Below, piece by piece: positions 42,481 through 55,842 of a DNA stretch of 64,000 nucleotides; within the stretch, counting starts at the first letter, position 1, and each line of letters begins with the position of its first letter. Source of the stretch: the human T2T-CHM13v2.0 reference genome, Homo sapiens; NCBI RefSeq assembly GCF_009914755.1, contig NC_060927.1, one strand, 5' to 3'. The notes beneath the pieces were generated by a model. The model was not told the origin of the DNA and did not search any database. It saw only the letters and a program-made list of their open reading frames with translations. The position numbers and the translations under genes were made by a program.

Positions 42481-42577
42481 AATGGGATTCCCCAGACTGA
42501 CTGTGTGGGGAAGGGAAGGAGAGAAAGGTGAAAGGCAGCCGGCAGTGTCCCTGCACTCCATGCTCCCTGGGCCCTTC

Positions 42578-43966
42578 TGTCCGGAATTGGTGGGTTCTTG
42601 GTCTCACTGACTTCAAGAATGAAGCCGCGGACCCTCGCAGTGAGTGTTACAGCACTTAAGGTGGCGCGTCTGGAGTCTGTCCCTTCTGATGTTCAGATGT
42701 GTTCGGAGTTTCTTCCTTCTGGTGGGTTCCTTCGTAGTCTCGCTGGCTCAGGAGTGAAGCTGCAGACCTTCGCGGTGAGTGTTACAGCTCTTAAGGTAGC
42801 GCGTCTGGAGTTGTTCATTCCTCCCGGTGGGCTCGTGGTCTCGCTGGGCTCAAGAGTGAAGCTGCAGATCTTCCCGGTGAGTGTTACAGCTCATAAAAGC
42901 AGCGTGGACCCAAAGAGTGAGCAGTAGCAAGATTTATTGCAAAGAGCGAAAGAACAAAACTCCCACAGTGTGGAAGGGGACCCGAGCGCGTGGCCAATGC
43001 TGGCTCGGGCAGCCTGCTTTTATTCTCTTATCTGGCCCCACCCACATCCTGCTGATTGGTAGAGCCGAGTGGCCTGTTTTGACAGGGTGCTGATTGGTGC
43101 ATTTACAATCCCTGAGCTAGATACAAAGGTTCTCCAAGTCCCCATCAGATTAGTTAGATACAGAGTGTAGACACAAAGGTTCTCCAAGGCCCTACCAGAG
43201 CAGCTAGATACAGAGTGTCGATTGGTGCACTCACAAACCTTGAGCTAAACACAGGGTGCTGATTGGTGTGTTTACAATCTCTGAGCTAGATATAAAGACT
43301 CTCCACGTCCCCACCAGACTCAGGAGCCCAGCTGGCTTCACCTAGTGGATCCCACACCGGGGCTGCAGGTGGAACTGCCTGCCAGTCCCGCGCCGTGCGC
43401 TCGCACTCCTCAGCCCTTGGGTGGTCGATGGGACTGGGCGCCGTGGAGCAGGGGGTGGTGCTCGTCGGGGAGGCTTGGGCCGCAGGGGAGCCCATGGAGT
43501 GGGTGGGAGGCTCAGGCATGGCGGGCTGCAGGTCCCGAGCCCTGCCCCGCGGGAAGGCAGCTAAGGCTCGGTGAGAAATCGAGCATAGTGCCGGTGGGCT
43601 GGCACTGCTGGGGGACCCAGTATACACTCCGCAGCCACTGGCCCGGGTGCTAAGTCCCTCATTACCCGGGCCGGCAGGGCTGGCTGGCTGCTCCGAGTGC
43701 GGGGCCGCCAAGCCCACGCCCACCCGGAACTCCAGCTGGCCTGCAAGCACCGCACGCAGCCCCGGTTCCTGCTGGCACCTCTCCCTCCACACCTCCCTGC
43801 AAGCTGAGGGAGTGGGCTCCAGCCTTGGCCAGCCCAGAAAGGGGCTCCCACAGTGCAGTGGTGGGCTGAAGGGCTCCTCAAATGCCGCCAAAGTGGGAGC
43901 CCAGGCAGAGGAGGTGCCAAGAGCAAGCGAGGGCTCTGAGGACTGCCAGCATGCTGTCACCTCTCA
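42578..43966 (-). mobile_element. Solo LTR12C (ERV9 LTR), full length, 1389 bp
   Basis: Minus strand starts TGAGAGGTGACAGC and ends CCAATTCCGGACA. 4-bp TSD cttc at 42574-42577 and 43967-43970. Tandem CCAAT/GATA-type repeats, AATAAAA TATA-equivalent at ~43018-43024, CpG-rich U3. Confidence 0.95.
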
Positions 43967-45038
43967 CTTCCATCCTGTTAGTCCCTAGCGAGGCACCCGC
44001 CGAGAACCACCCCAGCGGCTGAAGAGACAGCCAGCAGATAGCCAGGCCCCCTGTCAGGTCTTTGCCTCGTTTTACTGTGTCTATTATAGATCCCCTGGGG
44101 TGTGGTGAGGAGGGGCCTGTGGTCAGCTGTCCCACTGCATTTCAGGCAGATTTCCTGAGGAGCAAGCCCTGGAGTCGGCTTCTAATTTCAGAGAAGAGAG
44201 AACAAATGGAGTCCAGTGAAGGGCTGCTCTTTCAAGAACATGAAAGCCAGCTGTTGTTTCTGCAGCCTGCAGACTGCCCCCCTCCCCTGGCAGCTGCTCC
44301 CCTGAGGAGGCCGGCACCCCTCACCCTGTCCTTAGAAGCCGGGTCCCAGAACGCCCTCTCAGTTCCAACCAGCAGCACTTCCGGCTGGGATTCTCCATCT
44401 TGGACTTGCTCCCGGGAATTTCTGGAAGCATCCAATGGTGCAAACAGATTGTTTTCATTATGATTATTCTGGGTTTAACCTACTGGCCTTGCATCACCAA
44501 GATTATGGGCCCGCTCTTAGCACTGCGTGAGGCCACGGGCCTTTCTTTCCTTCTGCTCACCACCTGAATTAGTCTTTATTTTCCTCAATCCAACCCTGGC
44601 CCCTGTCTTGAGAGGCCTCGAGCCTTCCACACACCCTCTTTGCCTCCTCTAGGCTATGTCTGAGGAAGTTGAAAGGCCTGGGGACGGCAGAGAGGCCTGC
44701 AAGGCCCTGCCCTCCTGCCCTAACCTGTGACCCTGATGAAATCCTCTCTCTTTCTCTCCAAGCCTCTTCCCAGAGGGCTTCCAGGGGCTCTGCCAACATT
44801 TACTTTGAATGTTTTTTACTGTGAAGATTTTGCTATTCAAAATTGTAATAAATACAACACACCCACACAAATGTGTTACGTATAAATTTTAGTATATTCA
44901 AAACTACCAACACATTAACTTGGGCCACTGCATTAATTTGTTTTTTCTTTTTTTTTGAGAAGAACTTAGAATAAAACTCCTATTTAATTAGAGGTGGTCC
45001 TGGGAACATCAGGAGAGCTGATTAAAAATAAAACTAGG

Positions 45039-45352
<314 letters not shown>

Positions 45353-45355
45353 CTA

Positions 45356-45964
<609 letters not shown>

Positions 45965-48599
45965 ATATACGGGGAGGCACCAGATGCCTGGGATTGGCAC
46001 GAGACTCTGTTCATCAAAACTGCCTTAATAAGTCAAGGCGACAAATGGCAGCAAATAACGATATGTAATAAAACACTGTTTATATGGGATTCCAGGTAAG
46101 ATTCCTTTAAAAAAATATCAGTAACTGAGAAAGTGTGACTGGCTGAGCCGGTTGCTATTTAAGGCACTCCTGACAGCCTGACCCCGCTGTGTGTCCACTC
46201 AGCCACTCCCTCGGCTGCAGGGGAGACACAGCCCCTTAGGGTGAGCCTTCCGCGTGGACAGGAGAAGTGGGTTTCTCCTATCACTAGAGTGTGCACTGCA
46301 CAGGGGCAGAGGTTTTGGTCTGCTCTGTGCCTGGTCCAAAGCAGGCGCTCATTAAATACTCTGAATGGAAGCGAAACTTATTCCCAATGCTTCCAGGACC
46401 TGGAGGTTCTCCCTCCATTTGAACGGTGGGAAAGGGGTTAGGCTGTCCTGGGAAGCTCTCTCCTCTGCCACCCGGCTGCTCTTGGCCCAGCTGGGCACGT
46501 CAGCTGTGCACGGGAGACTTGCTGCTCGCAGGAACTTCTTGACATCACAGGCACCTTGCCTTCTCCAAGTCCTCTGGTCAGGGAGGGTCAGCATGGACAC
46601 CTCCAGGAGTGCACCTTGAGGCCTCCCATTCATCTTTGAAGGCTCCTCCCAGAATCCCATGCACTGTGAAAATCCACTCCACACCTCAAGAGCCTCAGTC
46701 TGGTGGGCTTGGGGCTGGCGCTCAGGGGCACATTAGTCCACAGCGTCTAAAGGTAAGCAATAAAAATTTCTAAGTTGCCTTCCCTTTCCAGGGCACAGGA
46801 CAGGGCCCTGGCAAGTCATGGACAGAATCTACCTGTTATTTTTGGAGCCTTCTAGGGTGACCGTCTTGACACAGCTGCCATGGTGACCATGCAGCGACCG
46901 CTTTCCCCCAGTGTGTGAAGCCCCTGCTAGGCACCAGTAGCACAACAGTCAATGCACTCATGGCTCACCCCACTGAAGTTCACCATTAACCATTGTAGGG
47001 AAGAGTCATAGAGTTCTAAGCCCCCAAAGGCAAGTATCCCAGCCCTGTAATGTTAGCCTCCTGGCAAAATTTGTTTCTTTATTCTTGATCATCCAGGAGC
47101 TGTTACCAGACAATTACCGGCATGGTGGCAACTGTCAGAGTGGTGGGCTTAGCTCATGGTCTTTACTCTGCTAGACCATGAGCTCTCTGAGGGCAAACTT
47201 TGTCCCATTGATCCCTGAACTCCAAGAGGGACCCTGTGAGTGTGTGTGGAAGGTCCTTGTACTGTGGTGCCAGGATGGCGGGTGCCCTAACAGATTCTGG
47301 CACTCCCCTACCCTGGCCAAGGGTGGCCGTCACCATGAAGGTGCACATGTTGGGCCACTCAGCTTTCCACCCTGGCCCCACCAGTCCCAGACCTCAGACA
47401 CAGCGCTAATCTCTCCAAGCCTAGATTTCCTCAACTATCATATCACCCACCTCCTTTGTCAGCCATGAGGATTACACTGGATTATCTGTGTGAAGTGCTT
47501 AGAACAGTGCCAGGCACATAGTAAGTCCTCAGCAAATGCTAGACACCACCAGCGCTGCCTTCCTGCCAAGTCCAGCAGCCTTCAGGTCAGCATTGGCCAC
47601 AGGAGGATACCTGTTTGTCCCCCAGTTAGGAGACCCTTTTATTCCTTTGAGTCCAGAGCCCTGACATGGTCTCTTAAAGGAGGAGCATGGAAGCATCCCC
47701 CCATGGGAGAGAGCTGGTGCTGCTGAGTGGCCAGAACAAAGTCTCAAGCCACAATATCCAGAGACTCAGAGACTGGACAATCCGCCGCCTCCCCACACTG
47801 GCAGGTCTCCCCACTTCCTCACGGGTCATGCCTGGGAGTGTGGAGCTGCTGTGGGCTCAGCCCTGACCTCTGACTTAGGAGAAGAGCCGCTCCTCAGTTG
47901 TCACCGCTGCTATTCAACTTGCAGAGATCTTGGGGGAGGGAAGAGGGGATATCCCTGCCAGCACATCCAAGAGGAAAGGGTGCTGTTTCCATTTCAGCAG
48001 GCCCTATTGTTTCAAAGGACACAATGCTTCCCCACTGTGGAAATGTGGACGTTTCCCACAACGGCAGGATTGGCTCAGAATTCCTCATGTCTTGCAGTTG
48101 AGGCTGGGCTAGCTGGGCAGTGTGTCTATAACAAAAGTCCTCACCAAATTTGCCATCTAGTGGAGCCTAAACATTACCTTCCAGTATCAAATGTGAGAAT
48201 TTTGGTCCAAATATGGCAACTGAGCTTATTCACTTCCAGTGGGGCTCCTGTAGGACAAGAATAGGCTTCATCCAGCTGTTGGAGTCAGAAGAGCAGCCAA
48301 GAGGGCCCTCCTCCCCTTCAGGAGACTCCAAAGAGAGCGGCACCGCATGGTGGAGCCTAGAAGGAAGGAGACCAAGACTTTGGGTTTTCTTCAAGCTTGT
48401 GTCTTTCCCCACCACCAAGACGTGGGTGTGGAGAAGAAACTGAGGCCTGTTCTGGAGGCTTGCTTTGCTGCATCAGTGAGGCTGAGAGGAACTATTGGAG
48501 AGGTTATTGTAGGGTCTATCTTTGACATCTCCGTGCCTGCCCCTGAGAGGGACCGCCCCCTCCACTTAGCCTGATCCTCCCACAACCTTCCCCATCACC

Positions 48600-49380
48600 A
48601 CCTTTCGGTGCTCAGAACGAAACCCTGGGGTTGCACTGATGCCTCTCTCACTCTCACACCCCTATCTCATCCATCAGCATCCTGCTGGCCCTTCCTGCAG
48701 CATCATCCCAGAACCGGCCCATCTCTCACCCCATCCACGGCGGCCTTCCCAGGCCAGGTACTTCTTCCCCTACCTGGGCTATTGCCATGGCCTCCTCCCT
48801 GGTCTGGTTAAAAGCAATCATTTTAACATGCAAGCCCAATGTCATCACTGGCCTAGAATACTCCAGAGTCCAGACAGCCCTTCCCATCTCACACAGGGAA
48901 AACTCCAAAGTCCTTTCTGTGGCCTGAACAATCTGCACCCCCATCCCCAGCAACCTGATCTAGGATCCCATATCATATCTCTGTCCCTCGCTTCTCCATC
49001 TCCAAATGCACTGGGCTCTGTCAGCCATGGGGCCTGTACTGCTGCCCCAGGCTCCACTCCCAGACATGGCATGGAACCCTTCCTCACTTCCTTCAAGTCC
49101 CCATTTAGGTAACCCCTCATCAGAGAGGAATTCCCTGAGCACCCAACAAAATTCCTGGTGCTCACTGCACAGCACACCCTGGCCTCTTGTACTATTCGCT
49201 CATAGCATTGCCAACCCACGAGCTGTGTGTCTATTGCTTGTTTATTGTTTGTCTCCCTAGAGTATCAGCGCCTTGAGGGCTGGACATTCTATGGTTCTTG
49301 GCTGTGTCCCCTGTGCTTAGCCATCCATGGAAGGAGCTCAAGCAATGCTTGTTGAAAACGTGATGATTAAATAAATGATG
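48600..49380 (+). mobile_element. L2 3' portion
   Basis: Pyrimidine-rich body ending in an L2-type tail (gcttgttgaa...aaataaatga). Confidence 0.7.
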
Positions 49381-50202
49381 CTGAGACGTCAGCTACAGAC
49401 ACCCATGTTTCGGCTCTCCCGCTTCCAGCTTATTGGGTTGGGTACCACCAATCCCCACATAGGCCAGCAACAATGGCATGGTCTAGTGGGGAATGCTCAG
49501 CCCATGCAGATGGTGGGGATTCTCTGGACCAACCCCAGGTCTGCCTTTTAGCTCCCTCTCTCTCAGGAGTTTAGAGAGGACTAGCCAGGCAATAGCAAGA
49601 AAAAGAAAGCGTCCTTAGTTGCAGATGGGGGCTCACCATGGAGAGACCACAGGCTCCAGGACCGGGCCCCCAGGCCAACCCAGTTCTCTGGTTCCAGGTG
49701 CCTTTGGAAGCCATCAGACAACAAGTGAAGCACTGTTTTACACATTTAATATTGTGTCACTGGTGTGGATATTGGCACTGGGGTTGTAGTACTGTTGGGT
49801 TGCTGTGTGTGTGTAAATAGGAGGGTTCAGGGAAGTCCTGTGTGAGGTAGAGGAATGCCTTCAGCAGCCTTTGGTGGGGGTTGGGCTAGTCTGGGAAAGC
49901 ATCCCAGAGAGGAGGGTCAAGGAACGTGCTCACAACTTCAATAGATGACAATGGACGTGAGAGGGTATTCTAGGGAGAATAAAACACAACAAGAAGCAAC
50001 AGAACTGTTTCTTGGACAAGGGCTGGGAAACTGGAAAACAATTGCCCAGATTGGCCAGAGTGTAGGATTCACACTGTAGGGGCAGGGCAGGAAGAGATTC
50101 TGGAGCACCTACTATGTGCCAGGCCCTGTGCGAGGTGGTAGAGGGTGAATAAGGCCTGATATCCCCACCCCCACAGCCTGCACAGGGAAGTTGGTGTCAG
50201 CA

Positions 50203-50224
50203 TCTCTCTCTCCTCCTCTCTCTC

Positions 50225-50267
<43 letters not shown>
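50203..50267. repeat. (TC)n(CA)n microsatellite
   Basis: Direct reading. Confidence 0.9.
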
Positions 50268-50270
<3 letters not shown>

Positions 50271-52321
50271 CGAAGACAATGAAATGGTTGAGTGGCCTCT
50301 GTCAAGTCTTTGAAACTGTTTCTCCCAACAGAATACAAGTAGTGGAGCTACAAGACCCACAGGGCAGCTCACAGGCTGCACCAGCTCCTGTTCTGCACTT
50401 TCCCAGGGCCATCTCTCACCTTGAAACCAATCCCTTCAGGGGGGTCCTTGTCCCTTCCTAGAAAGCACCCAACTACTTCCTCTCATCAGAAATGTTTAGA
50501 GACTCTCAGATATGTTGTTAGTGGGAAAAGCAGGGTGAGGAACAGTGTGTGAGCAGCCTGGTACTTTGTGCAATGTTAAAAGTCCCTGCAACAATGACAT
50601 GTGGCTTTGCTCTGGAAGGAAAAAAGATATGTGGGGTGGGGACGAATGGATATTGGATTCTACTGTGTTTTATTACACACATTTGGAACTGTGTAGCAGG
50701 CTTATGTTTTATTTAATTGAAATAAGCAATTCATTAATTTTTTAAAGTTTTTTTTCAATTCTCAGGCTATGAGGAGCCAGACTGTTTGTTTCATGAGCAA
50801 GTCCTCAAGTGTGGTGGCCCACAGGCCTTCCTTACCATTGGGCATCTGCCAAGTGCTGCAGCCCCAGGCACACCACGGCTGCAGCCAACCATGCACAGAG
50901 CATGTGGGCTGGAAGGCACATGGCTGCCCATGGAGGCCGGAGCCTGGACAGCCAGGCTGTATCTGGGCCCCTCTGGCAGTTGCAGCCCAAGTGGGCTGAA
51001 GTCTATACATCTGCTCAGACCTCCTGCCATTCTCTTGGAGAATCAGGGGCCCAGGAGAGGAAGTCTCATTTTCCATACCTCAGCCTGGTGCCTACCCTCA
51101 GCTGTATTAGAGTGAAAACAGGCAGGGCCTGGGGCTGGGAGCAGACATCCTGCCACACCTGGGAACATCCCTACCAGGGCTGCCCCAGCGGGAAGGCTTC
51201 ATTCACTAGAGGAAATTGGGTGCTATTAGGTGCCAGGGGGGGTGCCAGGCCACTAAAAGTGGCTGAACATTCTCCCAGAGGGATAATGGAACACAATGCA
51301 CTTGAAACTGCAGGGAGAAAAATGCAACGGTGTTTGGTTGGATCAAAAGGAGCATGGGATGAGTAACCAGTCACAGGAGACTACACTCACTTCCCATTGA
51401 CAGACTGCCCTACGAGGGAAGGAGTCCAGAGCTTTGAAGGATTTGTTCAGCTATTTTGAACGTGAAGTTATAATTTCAGAGGCAAGTAATGGGATTTGGG
51501 ATGTATGACTCAAGTTATAAATCTATTGGGGCTAAAACCTCAAGGAGCCTGAAGAGCCATGCCTGAGACTGTTCCTTGGCTTCTAGCGGGAACCAAAGAG
51601 CCAGAGGCCGAGAAAGATCCTCGCCAGTTCAGCAGCCCTCCAACATTGGAAAGGGCGGGTGGATCCAAGCACAAGCCCCACTTTCTGGCTGAGTAGCCTA
51701 CTCCTTGGCAATCTTGGGGTATCCCACAATCTCTGAAAGGACATTTTTCTATCACGAAAATTTTGAAATAATTGGAGCTGCAAGATGCCATCAGTGACAA
51801 ATCTGGCATGAAAACTCCTGCCATGAGTCCTAAAGGTCAGGCTGCCAAATACCAGTGTTCTCACTCACTTGGTCAGTATTAAACAATGACTAACCCCAAT
51901 GAATAGAGATGATTAGATCAGTTTCAGGGGACTGCTTTTTATTACATTAAAACCCAATTTCAGAATAGCTAATAAGCCAACTATACACCTCACTATAGTT
52001 ATCAATAAAACATTAACCTCAACCAATCTTGGACAGGGAAGAGGGTATTCAGTTACAGTTGATACCAAAGGCCAAAAGCCTTGTCAAAAACCTTTCCCAG
52101 CCACAGACTGGGAGAAAGGAGCCAGGTGCCCCTGTTTTCCCTGATGGTTCATCCTTCCAAGAGGGCCCTGTTTTCACTTTAAGACATTTCTGGTCCCTTC
52201 CGTGACAGAAGTTATGCTTGTTTTGTCCTGCCATGTGACCTTTTGAGAACAGTGGGGTGGAGCTGTCTCCAACCTCTGGCAGGAGTATCAGGGGCCCCTT
52301 GACCCAGGCCTGTCTTCCCAA

Positions 52322-52434
52322 TAGGGTGATGAAGTGTCCCAGTTGACCTAGGACTAAGGGGACCCCGGGGTGTGGGACTACCAGAACTAAAACCAGAAAA
52401 GTTCAGGACAAACTGGGACAAGTTGCTCAACCTA
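52322..52434. mobile_element. MER81-like hAT-Blackjack MITE
   Basis: tagggtga...tgtcccagtt / aactgggaca...accta inverted termini, ~113 bp. Confidence 0.65.
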
Positions 52435-54394
52435 CTTCCTAATCACTCAGTCCTATCATAGCTGCCTCCTCCCCTTGGATCCACGAGGACTGGGACTGAG
52501 GAGGGACAGTGCGGTGTCTACAAGAATAAGTCAAACAATTTCTCCCACGTGATGTTCCTCTTGCCCCAGACTCTGTGCCAAGGACTTTTCATGCATTATC
52601 TCATCTCACACTTTCCACAAATGCTTTCCCCATGAGTCCCAGAGAAGTTAAGCAACTTGTCCATTGTTACTCAGCCACCAGGTGAGAGGCAGGGGACACA
52701 GGTCAATGTGATGTCAAAGCCTCACACTTCACCCAGGAGCCATACAAATATAAACCAAGCAATCATTCTACATTTTCAGATACTAGTTGTCTTTAAAAAT
52801 CTTTAAAACTTTTTAAAAAATCTTTAAAATTTGTCTTTAAAATTTTTGATTGAGAAACCCTAAAAGTTTTTTTTTTGAAAAGCATTGTACTTGCTCAAAA
52901 TTACACGCAAAGTATTTTATCACAGTCTAAATTGCTCCAAATATACAATTTCTGATATATGGTAAACATTAAATGAAATTGTCACATTGCTCTTTAAAGT
53001 ATATCCAAAGTTGGGAATGCAAAAATGGTCTAAACTCTATGGAGGTGAATTTGGTAACATCTAACAAAATTACAGAAGCATTTTCCCCTTTACCCAGAAA
53101 TTCCTGTTTCTAGGAAACTGTTGCAAGGATACACTGGCAAATAATGTAAAATGACACATCATAAGGCTATTTACTGAAGCACTGTAATAGCAAAAGATTG
53201 GTAATACACATTTTGAGTGATAGGAGACTGTCTTAGTAAATCACAGCATGTTCACACAATGGAGTGCTATGCAGCTTAAAAAGGAATAAGGAGAATTGCT
53301 GTATATGTTTTTGGTATAATCTTCAGGGCATATATTATTAAATGAAAAAAGCAAGGTGTAGAATCATGTGTGTAGTATGCTATCTTTTATGTAAGGGCTG
53401 AGGGAATATAAAGATTCATATTTGCCTATATTTTAAAATGAAAGAAATAATATTTGAAGAGTAAATGAAAATGGTTTCCCATATGGGAAGGGAGTGTAAA
53501 GAAATTAGGAGAAGAGAATGGAAGCTGAATTTCTCTGGCTGTACCTTGCTTTATAGTTTTGACTTTAGAATCATATAAATATTTTACAGATAATTAAGCA
53601 AACTTAAAGCAAAAGAAAATATCCCTAAAAATCAAACACAAAACAAAACAAATGAACCTAACTGGATATCAAGTTGGTGGCTTAACCTTACAGAGAATTA
53701 TTAAAGTGATTTTAAAATACAATAATTTGGTGAATATTCCAAATAAGACATATAGTAAATGAACTGCAAAGAAATCTTAAATTGATTACTTCATCATATT
53801 GTGGTACTAATGTTAGTAATGTTATGTTGAAACTATTATATATTAGGATAAAATGAATAATTATGTTAGTAAAAATCAAAATGTTCAATGTAAAAGAGAT
53901 ACAAGTACAAAATTTAAAAAGTTAAGTCAAATACCATAATCTAAATTTTTAATCTAAAATATTAATATTGACTCACAAAATATTTTTATATTTCAAAACA
54001 AGTATCTATTTCCTCACTCAGTCTTCTGAAAAGACCTGGAATCAATGACCAACCCAACAGCAATGAGCACCCTTAGCTCCCAGATTATGGTCTCTAAATC
54101 TCATCTCCCAAGGAAAGATTCCTTGAGAAAATGTCTGAAGGTCTGAAGCAGAAAATGTACAGGGGAAGCCCACAGCACTTCCTCAAACTAAAAGGCAAGG
54201 ATGTTATCCAAGACTACTGAGGTCATGTCAAAAGATCACAGGAGCCAAGTCAAAGTGGCTCCACTGGCCAGAGATGGGACAATTTGAGTATTGAAAAGAA
54301 TAATGACCACAATGAAGGGAAATATATCAAATATATTTTGAAACAACTGAGTCCATACACAATAATATGAAAAAACAAAACACTGTTAGTCTTA

Positions 54395-54819
54395 TGCCGT
54401 GGGCCCTGAGCACCCTTTCACGCATGCTCAGTATGTAAAGAATGCAAGGCCTTGTCCACTATTTACCCAGGCCATTTAGCCATCTATCAGGGTTATGTTT
54501 GCAGACAGTAGCCTTGAGGAATGAGCAATGTCACCCTGCAGGACAAAGGGGAATCTCTCCCATCTCCCAAGCTCAGTGTTTCTCAGCTGCTATGCAACCC
54601 TGCTTCTTGTACAGCATCTACCTGGGCCATGCCACGTTGCCCTTGTGGAGCTGGGAAACAGGGGAATTGATGTAAATATGAAGTTCATGCTGCTTGCTGT
54701 GCTATGAGTAATAAAGTTCTTTGTCTCTGATCCAGGAATTGCAAGTCTTCTGCTGACATCCATAAAACTGGCAGGATAACTTGGTGGCTTTTAGAAAGAA
54801 AAGATCCCAGATACTGACA
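54395..54819 (+). mobile_element. Solo LTR (ERVL-type, family uncertain) nested in L1M
   Basis: GC-richer block with TG...CA ends and aataaagttctttgtctctga poly(A) context. Confidence 0.55.
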
Positions 54820-55346
54820 CCCATCTCAATGTCACCTTTGACAATTATTAGGACACCAGCTCATTATTTTGAAAACTGGTAAAAGGCAAGTATTTCTCTT
54901 CAATTCCTGCACAATCTATATTTCGGGGTAACCAAATAGTTGATGTAGAAAAGTCCTTTACAGAAGAATTTTAGCTAATAAATTCAGGAGTGGATAGATT
55001 TTGAAAATCACCATTTTACATAACCTAATATAATAATAGATCTATAATAATAGGCAATGCTTATTAATGGCCATCTTTTAAAACTACCAGCTGGAATGTT
55101 GATGAAAAACTCTACAAGGAATGCCTAACAAAAACAGAAACAACAGACATTATGTGACTACCAGTATGATAAAATAAGAATGAAATCATGCCATTGTTGA
55201 GATATCCTTATAGAAACTTTATCATGAATTTGATTAGGCCTCCAGATCTAACTACCACTGACAAGAAAGACAGGGAATAGAGGAACATGTTAAAGACTCG
55301 AAGAGGGAGGTAATCAACAAACTCCAGAATATGGAAAATTCTACAG

Positions 55347-55842
55347 CAGTGGTCCCCAACCCCTGGGCCTGTTAGGAACCAGGCTGCACAGCAGGAGGTG
55401 AGTGGCTGGTGAGTAAGTGAAGCTTCATCTGTACTTACAGCCACTCCCCATCACTCACATTACCACTGCAATGATCAGCAGCAGCATTAGATTCTTATAG
55501 GAGCATGAACCCTATTGTGAACTGCGCATACAAGGGATCTAGGTTGTGTGCTCTTATGAGAATCTAATGCCTGATGGTATGTCACTGTCTCCCATCACCC
55601 CCAGATGGGATTGTCTAGTCGTAGGAAAACAAGCTCAGAGCTCCTGCTGATTCTACAACATTATGGTGAGCTGTATAATTATTTAATTATATATTATAAT
55701 GTAATAATAGAAATAAAGTGCACAATAAATGTAATGTGCTTGAATCATCCCAAAACCATCCCACCCCTCCTGCCTCCAGGTCTGTGGAAAAATTGTCTTC
55801 CATGAAACCGGTCCTTGCTGCCAAAAAGGTTGGGGACCACTC
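55347..55842. mobile_element. MER1A (hAT-Charlie)
   Basis: TIRs cagtggtccccaacc / ggttggggaccact; perfect 8-bp TSD ttctacag at 55339-55346 and 55843-55850. Confidence 0.92.

Noticed and set aside
42620-43290. Regularly spaced direct repeats resembling a CRISPR array
   Set aside because: Standard LTR12 U5 and U3 enhancer tandem repeats; eukaryotic DNA with no cas genes.
43286-43988. 224-aa and overlapping ORFs
   Set aside because: Lie within the LTR12C U3, which commonly yields spurious ORFs.
52789-52847. Degenerate (tctttaaaa)n repeat
   Set aside because: Short AT-rich slippage repeat with no further structure.
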